Shown: positions 8,517 to 16,558, counted from the first letter of the stretch. The stretch is 31,245 bases of DNA from a virus (IMGVR_UViG_3300037589_000202:1-31245); one strand, 5' to 3'. The notes: generated by a model from the letters alone, not told the origin. Program-made: numbers and translations.

Positions 8517-8794
8517 AAAAATACGCAATTTACCACCATTACAGCACCACGCTAAAAAATCAGCTTCACGAAGCGTTCGAAGATTACATTCTATCAATTA
8601 ATAGAATGCTACATCATGATTTGCCTGACCTAAAGCGACAAATCAAGAGAAAAATAGAAGAACTAAACTCACAGCATCCAAGATGTAAGAAGATAGAACT
8701 TTATTTTACGGACTTATCTCAAAATAAAAAAACTATAGAAATTAGCACCAACACGGGTGTAAAATCTGAAATAATTGAACTAATTCTACCATGA
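8513..8794 (+). CDS. Hypothetical protein
   Basis: 93-aa ORF with ATGA overlaps at both ends. Confidence 0.7.
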   Translation: MKKYAIYHHYSTTLKNQLHEAFEDYILSINRMLHHDLPDLKRQIKRKIEELNSQHPRCKKIELYFTDLSQNKKTIEISTNTGVKSEIIELILP

Positions 8795-9372
8795 AAAAGA
8801 TATACATAGCAGGGAAGATTACAGGCATGGAAACAAAAGCTTTTAAGCTGTTTCAGGATACCGAAAAGAAATGCATATATGAAGGTTACGAGGTTGTAAA
8901 CCCCATGAAGCTCAATCACGACCACGACAAGAAATGGATTAGCTACATGCGAGAATGCTACAAAGAAATGTCTACTTGTACTCACATTTATCTCTTGCCA
9001 AACTGGAAGGATAGCAAGGGCGCAACAGACGAAGTAATTCACGCTATCCAATTGGGTCTTACGTTTGTGAATGTAGATTCTAATTGCTTTCAGTATTGGT
9101 ACAAGGAACTAAAAACAAAAATGGTTGATAAGATTAATAAACTAGATAGAGCTGTATTTGTATATGGGCCAACCTACCCAATATCTAAACTCGAGCAAAT
9201 ACAGGACGGAGTGAACTCTTTCTGCAACTACCAATCAGTTTATGTAAAGCGTGAACTACGTCATCAATTTTCTTTTGCAATTCACAACGAAATGCTTTCT
9301 AGAAAAATAACTACTTGGGAAGTAAAAACAGCAGGAAAACTAAGAACGATTAAATACCAAAGGGTAAAGTAA
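8791..9372 (+). CDS. DUF4406 (nucleoside deoxyribosyltransferase-like fold) protein with C-terminal extension
   Basis: KIYIAGKITG, VVNP, YMRECYKEMSTCTHIYLLPNWKDSKGATDE. Confidence 0.8.
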   Translation: MKKIYIAGKITGMETKAFKLFQDTEKKCIYEGYEVVNPMKLNHDHDKKWISYMRECYKEMSTCTHIYLLPNWKDSKGATDEVIHAIQLGLTFVNVDSNCFQYWYKELKTKMVDKINKLDRAVFVYGPTYPISKLEQIQDGVNSFCNYQSVYVKRELRHQFSFAIHNEMLSRKITTWEVKTAGKLRTIKYQRVK

Positions 9373-9373
9373 C

Positions 9374-9946
9374 ATGACAAAAATCACTAGAAAATACGAG
9401 GTTACGTTCTCAAAACACAAAGCCAGGCTGGTAGTGACTTATTACAACAATAATTTTAAGAAGCTTGAGTATGTAAAGGGCGGTTACCCAAGAGGTCTTC
9501 ATTTGGCTATTGGTAAAGCGATCCCTCTATATGAGAGTGAAATAAAAGCCCACTTAGAAAAGTTTTCAAATGCTATCAGAATGGATCTAATACAGGACAA
9601 ATCAAAAAGTCTTTATTCTCAGTTTATAGAAGAGTATTTTGGGTTCTATGAAGGCTTAAGCGATGGTGTAAAACCAAAAATGGATGGAGCCCAAGGCAAA
9701 GCCATGAATACAATCATATCTTATTTACAGAGTCAGTCGATAGATGACGAAGAAGCTCTTTTGGCTTGGCAACAGATTTTATCTGGATGGAACCAGCTCG
9801 ATGATTTTTATCAAAACCAAATCAAACTTACCCAGATTAATTCGAATATTAATAACATTATTTTACAAATTAAAAATGGCAAATCAACTAATCAAGCACG
9901 AAAAAAGGCCCAGCGTAATGGGGATGATTTTAGACAAAGCCTCTAA
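9374..9946 (+). CDS. Hypothetical phage protein
   Basis: 190-aa ORF in operon. Confidence 0.75.
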   Translation: MTKITRKYEVTFSKHKARLVVTYYNNNFKKLEYVKGGYPRGLHLAIGKAIPLYESEIKAHLEKFSNAIRMDLIQDKSKSLYSQFIEEYFGFYEGLSDGVKPKMDGAQGKAMNTIISYLQSQSIDDEEALLAWQQILSGWNQLDDFYQNQIKLTQINSNINNIILQIKNGKSTNQARKKAQRNGDDFRQSL

Positions 9947-10430
9947 CATTGCTCTTATCAGAGAGTTTGGATCTCTAACGACAAAAAAAATTTTAGAAAG
10001 CAATCCTCCTGCAGTTGCTAAGCTTAAGAGACAATATGGTATAAAAAAAACAGAATCTGTAATCGGAGCTCTGTTGTCAGACTTGTCTCAGTCTTTTGAT
10101 GGAAGTCTCGAGAGAGAAGAGATAGAAGAGATTGCTGCAGAAATAACATCAAGCAGACTTTCAAACCTATCTATGGAAGAGGTATACATGGCTTGCCGGA
10201 GGATTAAAATGGCCGACAACAATTTTAGTAAACTGAATGTGAACAAAGTCTTAAAGGTGATGGAACGTCAGTTGCGTGATAGGATAGAGGCTTTTGGTCT
10301 GTACAATCAAAACAGGCACTTAAGCTCCAAAAGGTCTGACCCCAATAGGACAAACGGACTAGAGGAAACAAAAAAGAAATTTAAAGAAGCACAAATTCAC
10401 TACATTAATCAAAGAAATTCAGAATCATGA
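9876..10430 (+). CDS. Hypothetical phage protein (possibly helicase loader/inhibitor-like)
   Basis: ATG at 9876 (MANQLIK) with A-rich upstream is more plausible than 9744; functional guess is weak. Confidence 0.65.
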   Translation: MANQLIKHEKRPSVMGMILDKASNIALIREFGSLTTKKILESNPPAVAKLKRQYGIKKTESVIGALLSDLSQSFDGSLEREEIEEIAAEITSSRLSNLSMEEVYMACRRIKMADNNFSKLNVNKVLKVMERQLRDRIEAFGLYNQNRHLSSKRSDPNRTNGLEETKKKFKEAQIHYINQRNSES

Positions 10431-10618
10431 GTAAACAAGAAAGAGACATCCGTTTAGATAAGCGCAACAAAAAAATAAAAGAGCGATACATAGCGTTGAG
10501 CGACAAGAAATACAACAGCAAAAAACTTTATACTAACGATGCTATATTTAGTATGTTGGAAGACGAGTTCTTTCTGGCGCCAATTACAATCGAAAAAATA
10601 GTTTTCAGTAAGGACTAA
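10427..10618 (+). CDS. Mor/C-like transcription activator (short HTH)
   Basis: RNKKIKERY...LEDEFFLAPITIEKIV fits the Mor-family C-terminal pattern; at the end of the early/middle operon. Confidence 0.6.
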   Translation: MSKQERDIRLDKRNKKIKERYIALSDKKYNSKKLYTNDAIFSMLEDEFFLAPITIEKIVFSKD

Positions 10619-10656
10619 AATGTATAAATTTACAAAAACCGAAAAACCCAAATAAC

Positions 10657-10965
10657 ATGTTAAAATCTAAAAAATCAAAAATAATTGCAGGCCTATTGGT
10701 CGCATTAGTTCTTATTATAGGAATTGGAGGCTCAATAAACACAAGAAAAACAAAATTCACCTTGGAGCAGTTCGAGTCAATTAGTACAGGAATGACCTAC
10801 CAAGACTGTAAAGAAATTTTTGGGGAGGGCGAACTATTAAGTGAAAGTGAAATAGCCGGAGCCTCTGCAAAAGTGTACATGTGGCAGAACAAACTTGGCT
10901 CAAATTTGAACATCACATTTCAGGATGGAAAGGTAGTGTCAAAAGCTCAAGCGGGTCTTAAATGA
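10657..10965 (+). CDS. Membrane-anchored DUF3862/BLIP-like (SmpA/OmlA-type fold) protein
   Basis: N-terminal TM helix, then TLEQFESISTGMTYQDCKEIFGEG...YMW...NITFQDGKVVSKAQAGL. Confidence 0.75.
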   Translation: MLKSKKSKIIAGLLVALVLIIGIGGSINTRKTKFTLEQFESISTGMTYQDCKEIFGEGELLSESEIAGASAKVYMWQNKLGSNLNITFQDGKVVSKAQAGLK

Positions 10966-11051
10966 AGTTCATAGAGTTTATAAAGAAAACTTGGCTTTAT
11001 GACCTGTATCTTATAGCTTTTCCAATAACAGACGAAGAAGAAAACCGATAG
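10962..11051 (+). CDS. Possible 29-aa peptide MKFIEFIKKTWLYDLYLIAFPITDEEENR
   Basis: ATG overlaps the upstream TGA (ATGA); fills the gap up to the terminator. Confidence 0.35.
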   Translation: MKFIEFIKKTWLYDLYLIAFPITDEEENR

Positions 11052-11072
11052 AAAAGACTATCGGTTTTTTTT
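11041..11072. terminator. Intrinsic terminator (probably bidirectional) between convergent operons
   Basis: AAAACCGATAG-AAAAGA-CTATCGGTTTT plus a T run; A-rich on the other side. Confidence 0.85.
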
Positions 11073-11079
11073 ATGAAAG

Positions 11080-11550
11080 CTACTTTTGGCTTAAATCTAG
11101 CGTTACCGTGGTATTTGTTCCTGATTCCTCGAAACTGTAATCGGCCAAAGATGTTACAAAAGAGATTACAACCACTTTAAGTTGGTCGTATTCTGTTTCT
11201 AGCGATGTTTCAGACCTGCAAAGCTCAGTACTTAGTTGTTTTGTATCGCTTAAGGAGTGGAGATGAAAAAGTTTGCTTAAATCACTAGCCAGGCCCAAAG
11301 CTGCCGCTGGAGAATCAGCAATATCTTTTACAACCATGTGTAGCTTTATAACGGTGTCTGCTGTTTGTAATCCGTTCCCTTGGGTCTTCCAGGTTATAGG
11401 GTTGTCAAACTCAACGTACACCGCAGGAAATGAGTTTGCTTTAAGTTCCTGGTAACGCTGATACTGGGCGTTGTAAAAATCTACAGTTTTAACACTGTTC
11501 AAACCCTGTTTAATTCTGCTTTCAATAGCGTTGTAGTATTCTGTGTACAT
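11080..11550 (-). CDS. Tail terminator/completion protein (Mu gp37-like)
   Basis: KTVDFYNAQY...FPAVYVEF; last gene of the head-completion operon. Confidence 0.65.
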   Translation of the reverse strand: MYTEYYNAIESRIKQGLNSVKTVDFYNAQYQRYQELKANSFPAVYVEFDNPITWKTQGNGLQTADTVIKLHMVVKDIADSPAAALGLASDLSKLFHLHSLSDTKQLSTELCRSETSLETEYDQLKVVVISFVTSLADYSFEESGTNTTVTLDLSQK

Positions 11551-11551
11551 G

Positions 11552-12097
11552 TTATTTTTTTGCGAGCTTTCGCTCTATTTTTTTTATAATCTTTTTTTTG
11601 AGCGCCTCACTCTTTCCTATGAACTGTCTTTGTGGTATGGTTGCAGAAGCTTTTCCAAACACTGTTGTTTTGCCACCTTCATTATGAATCGATGCGTAAG
11701 GCTTGTCTGTAAAAACTCTGATTTTGTTTCCTTTCTTTACGTATTGGATGCTGTTTTCTAGCTCACTTCTCTTGCTGCTCAATATAGGAGTGTTTCTTGC
11801 TGTGGGGCTGTAGTTTGTTATTGGATTGCTTTTTCTTGCCTTATAATTCCTTTTAGCTCCCTTTCTTTTTGGGTGGTTATTTGGAGTTCTTGACTTGGCT
11901 CCATATTCAAAACCTGACCAAACCGATGAGGAGTCTCTTCTCTTTACGTCTTCCCATTTCTTTCCATCAAAACCTTGTTTTTCGAAGTTCTCTGTAAAAT
12001 GATTCACAGCTTCTGTACCAATGATATCGAGCATTTCTATCTTCACAAACCTTCCTATTCTGTTCAATTCCTTGTTTATCTCGTTAAAATCAGCCAT
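11552..12097 (-). CDS. Virion morphogenesis protein (Mu gpG / P2 S-like)
   Basis: ENFEKQG...KKW; LENSI; PYASIHNEGG; IPQRQFIG. Confidence 0.88.
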   Translation of the reverse strand: MADFNEINKELNRIGRFVKIEMLDIIGTEAVNHFTENFEKQGFDGKKWEDVKRRDSSSVWSGFEYGAKSRTPNNHPKRKGAKRNYKARKSNPITNYSPTARNTPILSSKRSELENSIQYVKKGNKIRVFTDKPYASIHNEGGKTTVFGKASATIPQRQFIGKSEALKKKIIKKIERKLAKK

Positions 12098-12114
12098 TTT
12101 TTATTTATTTGTAC

Positions 12115-12122
12115 TATATTTG
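12115..12122 (+). promoter_or_regulatory. Consensus -7 box TATATTTG(C), antisense to the late head operon
   Basis: Exact TAnnTTTG match in the intergenic gap with an AT-rich upstream; no clear -33 TTG. Confidence 0.6.
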
Positions 12123-12126
12123 CAAC

Positions 12127-12193
12127 GGATTCAGCTCTTAGGGAGCAGAACCAACCTCTTTCGGGATTGAGCGGTAATTCAATCCCTTTTTTT
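12127..12193 (+). ncRNA. Candidate ~65-nt structured small RNA (possible MuF-toxin antitoxin)
   Basis: Bounded by the -7 box and an intrinsic terminator; 5' hairpin GGATTCAGCTC-TTAGG-GAGCAGAACC; no ATG-initiated ORF. Confidence 0.5.
12163..12193 (+). terminator. Intrinsic terminator on the + strand, overlapping the MuF stop codon
   Basis: GGGATTGA-GCGGTAAT-TCAATCCC followed by T7; U-tract only in the + direction. Confidence 0.75.
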
Positions 12194-13372
12194 ATACTCT
12201 GCAATTTCAGAACCTTTTATTATAAATATTCTTTCAAAAGGATTCTTACCACTTTTTTTAATCTTTCCATTCAACTGTTCTTGTATTCTTTGAATTGAAA
12301 CTTCGGTATCAATTCTAAAAACTACAACTTTGCAATGCTGCTTGTTTTTTGCAGAATTATATCCATTATAACAAGAGTTTCCTTCAATTTTCTTTAGATC
12401 GCCTACCCGGCCATTTATTAAATATTCAGGATTTCTCCTTCCTGTATCTCCAAAACCTGTCTCAACATTTTCTGCGTGAGGTCTTATTTTTATCTCTACA
12501 TCGTCAAAATTATCAGCAATGAGTTTTGCTGCTTCAAAATTTTCTTGCAATGAATTTTGTTTGTTTGTCTTTTTGGTTTTATTCTGGTCTGCAAACGTAT
12601 GCACACTAATGCTGCTAGAACCTTTTTTGTAATCAACTCCAGGGTATGGTAAGTTTAAACTAAGCCTGTTCATTTCTCTCAAAGCAGTTTTTTTACCTTC
12701 CACACTCAAATTAGCTTCATAAGAGTTGTTGCTACCAAACAATCTTTCGCTCTTCCCAGCGTTGCCAATAATTCCATCTGGAAGCGGAGTTGTTTCTACT
12801 TCTCCTGAAGTAGGAACTTCGTCACTCTTTCGGACACGGCATTTACAGTTCCATCCATTTGGAGGCAAATGAGTGTCCCAAAAAGGATCGTTCATTGGTT
12901 TTATAATTCCATAGAACTGTTTATGTTCTGCTCTTTGTTCCGCACTTCGGCTTGGCAGGTATTCCAAGTTTGGGTAATCGGCCTGGCTCTGTTTAAAAGA
13001 GTTCCATTGCTTGGCACTTCTTGCTGTTCTGCTCGCAAAGTTGGATTCAGTTGCCAAGTGCCTTTCGTACAATGCTATTATCGCACTACGTTCTTCTTCG
13101 GTTTTTCCTTTTAGGTTTGCAGTATACTGGGCAGTTCTATATGCCGAAAACTTGGCAGCATCTTTTCGCAACTTATTTACTAGATTCCAATCCTTATCTC
13201 CGTATTTTGTCTTGTCAAATACCTGGTCTACCTTCTTGGTGATTGAGTTAAGCGAGTGGTTAAATAATTTACTACTAAGCTCGGTGTCTTCTAAAGAATC
13301 TATTTCGTCATATACTTTTTTAGGATCTTTAATATTGTTGGCCGATAGTCCAACAAAGTTACTCCATCTCAA
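12179..13372 (-). CDS. MuF (gpF/SPP1 gp7-like) minor head protein with C-terminal CdiA-like PD-(D/E)xK nuclease domain; frame open upstream to the portal slippery site
   Basis: MuF motif YPNLEY...RAEH...DPFWDTHLPPNGWNCKCRV; C-terminal NPEYLINGRVGDLK...AKNKQHCKVVVF; only a TTG start. Confidence 0.85.
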   Translation of the reverse strand: MRWSNFVGLSANNIKDPKKVYDEIDSLEDTELSSKLFNHSLNSITKKVDQVFDKTKYGDKDWNLVNKLRKDAAKFSAYRTAQYTANLKGKTEEERSAIIALYERHLATESNFASRTARSAKQWNSFKQSQADYPNLEYLPSRSAEQRAEHKQFYGIIKPMNDPFWDTHLPPNGWNCKCRVRKSDEVPTSGEVETTPLPDGIIGNAGKSERLFGSNNSYEANLSVEGKKTALREMNRLSLNLPYPGVDYKKGSSSISVHTFADQNKTKKTNKQNSLQENFEAAKLIADNFDDVEIKIRPHAENVETGFGDTGRRNPEYLINGRVGDLKKIEGNSCYNGYNSAKNKQHCKVVVFRIDTEVSIQRIQEQLNGKIKKSGKNPFERIFIIKGSEIAEYKKRD

Positions 13373-13436
13373 TTTCAGTTTGTCCCATGCTGTAGCATGA
13401 TTGTGGCCACAACCGTGGTATTTTTTGTCTATTATT

Positions 13437-13468
13437 GCCCCGAGATTTTCGGGGCGAGTTAAAAAAAA
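13437..13468 (-). other. Putative -1 programmed ribosomal frameshift signal (portal to MuF)
   Basis: T TTT TTT (13468-13462), spacer TAACTC, hairpin GCCCCGA-AAATC-TCGGGGC (13455-13437); -1 frame has no stop and is the MuF frame. Confidence 0.75.
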
Positions 13469-14622
13469 CCTTTACCAGCTTTAAGGTTTTGTGACGTATC
13501 TTGTGTCTCTTTTTTGGCAACAGGAATGCCAAAAGTATTTGTGATATATTCTTCTTCAATATAATAATGAGGTAACAATCCTTGAGTGATTGTCCAGAGC
13601 TGATTTACATCCACCGCCTCTTCAAATCTAAATTCATACCCCTGAAATGGATAACCCAGAGTTATTAATCTTGGAATTAAAACGGTGTTTAAATACCCTT
13701 CGATCCATTGTTTGTCACTTTTTGTTACTTTCACTCCTGTTCGCTCACCTACTTCTTCTTTGCTTCTGCTTCCACCAGAGCTTGAATCTCCTATTACGGC
13801 TCCGTTTATGATAAAGCTGACCTCTTGGTTACAAAGATTAATGAGATTGCTGTATACTTCGCCATTGCTTTTGGCGGATTCTACAAAGTTCAATTCTTCT
13901 TCATTGTCGACAACCGCATAAGAAGCAACGCCCATATTGATCATCATGTTTTCCATTCGATTAAGGCTCTCTTCGTCTTTCACGTTAGTTTTACCATATC
14001 TCAATGGCATGCCAAATATTTCGCAAAACTCGGACCAGGCGCTTTGAGCAAACCTTTTGTATAAAATGTGGGGTGCGGCCTTATTCAGAAGACCTAAATC
14101 TTTTTTCTCGCCCACTTCGAGCAACCAGGTGCTGTATTGCTTGTTTTCTCTGTAATAGATTCCTTTCTCGTCTCCTTGTCGCACGGTAAACATTCCCGTT
14201 TCTGGGACAACATGTTTGCGGTTCACTAGCATTATCTCGCTTATTTCTCCGTTTTCGTCTAGGTCTCCTATTTGTATAAGGGAGTGTCCTAAGAGCTTGG
14301 AGTCCATTGCATGCCCCAGGAACTCGAAGAACCAGGGTTTCTGAAGTAGCTTCGTCTTTTCGTTGTCAGCAATTCCATCTTGCGGGTTATAAATTGAAAA
14401 TTCGCTGCCCTGTACAGCCAGCTTGCGTTTGTCAAATTCAGCTGACAGCCGTGCGTCCAAAACTAGCTCATCGTACAAGTTGTAGAGCAACGTTCTTTTT
14501 GGTTGTTCTGGTTTCTCGGCCTGTTGCAAAGCGCTTCTCCACTGTTTTATATCCTTTCTGCTCCTCGCTGTGCTGGAAGCAATAATCTTGTCTAATATTT
14601 TATTTGGTCTTTTACCTGCCAT
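13459..14622 (-). CDS. Portal protein (Mu gp29/DUF935 family)
   Basis: WSEFCEIFGMPLRYGKT; CNQEVSFIING; GGSRSKEEVGE; between gp36-like and MuF. Confidence 0.9.
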   Translation of the reverse strand: MAGKRPNKILDKIIASSTARSRKDIKQWRSALQQAEKPEQPKRTLLYNLYDELVLDARLSAEFDKRKLAVQGSEFSIYNPQDGIADNEKTKLLQKPWFFEFLGHAMDSKLLGHSLIQIGDLDENGEISEIMLVNRKHVVPETGMFTVRQGDEKGIYYRENKQYSTWLLEVGEKKDLGLLNKAAPHILYKRFAQSAWSEFCEIFGMPLRYGKTNVKDEESLNRMENMMINMGVASYAVVDNEEELNFVESAKSNGEVYSNLINLCNQEVSFIINGAVIGDSSSGGSRSKEEVGERTGVKVTKSDKQWIEGYLNTVLIPRLITLGYPFQGYEFRFEEAVDVNQLWTITQGLLPHYYIEEEYITNTFGIPVAKKETQDTSQNLKAGKGFF

Positions 14623-14632
14623 TTTTTAGTAT

Positions 14633-15040
14633 TTAATAATAGTGATCTGTTTTTTGTATGCTACTTCCGTATCTAAGAGGTAATTGCTTGCCGTTCTCTT
14701 TCTTTGGCAATATGGGGTTAGTAAATCCATCCGCGATTTTTTCAAGCTCATTCATGACTTTGTTATAGCGGTCAACTCGCAATTGAGGAATGTTGTCAGG
14801 AGATACTTTTGCGTGCAGGTGATAGATCATAATGTCTCTCACAAATCCCAAAATCAAAACACTTTTGGTGGTTGCTGTAAGAATTGCGTTCATATCATAC
14901 CTAACATTTAAATATCCTGTTATTTCAGAAATCGCATCATTTTCCACTGAGTTCAAATTTAGGTCGTTTCCTTCAGTAATAACGCTCAAGGTTTCGTTAT
15001 CAATCATTTGTCGGATATAGTCTTTCGTAATAAAATTCAT
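14633..15040 (-). CDS. Head-tail adaptor (Mu gp36/DUF1320-like)
   Basis: AISEITGYLNVRYD; DIMIYHL; RYNKVMNELEKIADG. Confidence 0.88.
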   Translation of the reverse strand: MNFITKDYIRQMIDNETLSVITEGNDLNLNSVENDAISEITGYLNVRYDMNAILTATTKSVLILGFVRDIMIYHLHAKVSPDNIPQLRVDRYNKVMNELEKIADGFTNPILPKKENGKQLPLRYGSSIQKTDHYY

Positions 15041-15043
15041 AGT

Positions 15044-16555
15044 TTAATATTTTCGGCTTTCTCTTAAGCCTATTCTGTATGTGTGTTGTGAGCTTCTTGT
15101 AAATCTATCTAAATAGTCGAACGCTTCTTTGTCTGCATCTGGTGAATCATCAGGCCCCTTATAACCCGGCTCTAATCCTTTTAGCTGCGCAATCCCTTCT
15201 TTGGTGTCGTTGTGATTCTTCAGCTTCTGGCTATAGTAAATTCTTCCATTTTGGTACTGCGGAAGCATTTCCAACATTCGGTCATACTTCTTTTTGCGTG
15301 ACCTCTCGCTTTTTACAAGATTGAGCTTTATATCAAACTTTTTCTCAGTCTCATTTATCACTCTGTATATTTCATCGTTCCAGAACTGAGCCTCGAACCT
15401 AAAAGGAACACTAACGCTTGCTGGAAGATTCTTTTGGTAATCTGCAATCCATTCCAGGGCAACTCTTATTTTGCACCTTTTGACCAAACAGTCTAGCTGT
15501 ATTTTTCTGCCATCTTTGGTAAGCCCCCATACTTTTATAGCGTTAAAGTCACTTGTTTTAGATCCTGCATAAGCAACGTCCCATGTCCCAACTATTGCGA
15601 CAAAAGAGTCTAATCTTGGTGATTTGTCCCACTGAATCATTTCGTCAGTAAACACCTTACCTTCTACATGCGGGTCGTTATTGTATTCCGCATTAGCCTC
15701 TAGGCTTCCCATTATCTCAATTCTTTTGTGATAATAGTCTTTATCGTATTTTTCCTTCCATACCGGTTCTAAGGTTTCTGGATCAAAAGCGTTTTGACTT
15801 TGAACCTTCCATCCTTTGTTGTTGTCAACAATTAAATTAAAAATCATTTCTGGGGCAAATCCATTTTGAGCTAAAACAACTCTTTGTCGGGCTCCGTCCA
15901 TTGTTGGGATTACTCCTGACAAGAGCCATTTTGCATATTCTCGTTGTCTTTTTTGGTTTTTGATGGTCTCCTTTGTTTCCCAATCATCGCAAGCGATATA
16001 ATCTGGCCTACTGCCTCCAACTCTCAATCCTCTCGGGTCTTGTCCCATTCCCATAGATTTGGCAATAAACCCATTTTTGGTAATAAAAAATCCGTTTTCC
16101 CAGTGTCCGCTATTACGTTGGTCTCCAAAATCATGGATTAACCTGTCGTTGCCTTCAAATTGCAATTTCAAATCATCCAAGAGGATAGATGCTTTGTCTT
16201 CGTTTTGGCCAATTAACAACATGAACTCAATGTCATTGTTGATCCAAAGCCACAAAGGTATCGTAACATCCGCCACAACAGATTTAGCTAAACCACGACC
16301 CCACTTCAGCCAAATAGCAAGCTCCTTGTTCTTTTTTATCCTTTTGGCTGCTTTTGTGTGAAATGCAGGCGTCTTGGTGGTAGCAAAGTTTGGAAGGTAG
16401 TGACTGACGAAGAACTCATAATCTAAACGAGCCTTGTCAATTCTAGCCTGTTTGTCGCTTTTACTTTCATTAAAATTGACAACGGTTTGAGACCTCAAAA
16501 GCTTAACCCTTTGAGCCCATTCCTTTTTGGCGTTTCTATCTTTTACTGTTGCCAT
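15044..16555 (-). CDS. terL: Terminase large subunit
   Basis: Walker A-like WGRGLAKS, RGLRVGGSRPDYIACDD, RNase H-like WDVA...SDF, C-terminal DDSPDA. Confidence 0.92.
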   Translation of the reverse strand: MATVKDRNAKKEWAQRVKLLRSQTVVNFNESKSDKQARIDKARLDYEFFVSHYLPNFATTKTPAFHTKAAKRIKKNKELAIWLKWGRGLAKSVVADVTIPLWLWINNDIEFMLLIGQNEDKASILLDDLKLQFEGNDRLIHDFGDQRNSGHWENGFFITKNGFIAKSMGMGQDPRGLRVGGSRPDYIACDDWETKETIKNQKRQREYAKWLLSGVIPTMDGARQRVVLAQNGFAPEMIFNLIVDNNKGWKVQSQNAFDPETLEPVWKEKYDKDYYHKRIEIMGSLEANAEYNNDPHVEGKVFTDEMIQWDKSPRLDSFVAIVGTWDVAYAGSKTSDFNAIKVWGLTKDGRKIQLDCLVKRCKIRVALEWIADYQKNLPASVSVPFRFEAQFWNDEIYRVINETEKKFDIKLNLVKSERSRKKKYDRMLEMLPQYQNGRIYYSQKLKNHNDTKEGIAQLKGLEPGYKGPDDSPDADKEAFDYLDRFTRSSQHTYRIGLRESRKY

Positions 16556-16558
16556 AAT

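Noticed and set aside
9744-9875. Longer start for the 9876-10430 gene
   Set aside because: It would overlap the upstream gene by about 200 nt; ATG 9876 has the typical A-rich context
12127-12193. tRNA gene
   Set aside because: Too short, no cloverleaf, no T-loop GTTC consensus; kept only as a candidate sRNA
11975-12298. 107-aa + strand ORF as a protein immunity gene for the MuF toxin
   Set aside because: TTG start upstream of the promoter box, antisense to two real genes, Phe-rich shadow composition, and interrupted by the + strand terminator
13359-13559. 66-aa - strand ORF bridging portal and MuF
   Set aside because: It is in the third frame, overlaps the portal and has no recognisable features; the MuF-frame linker explains the region better
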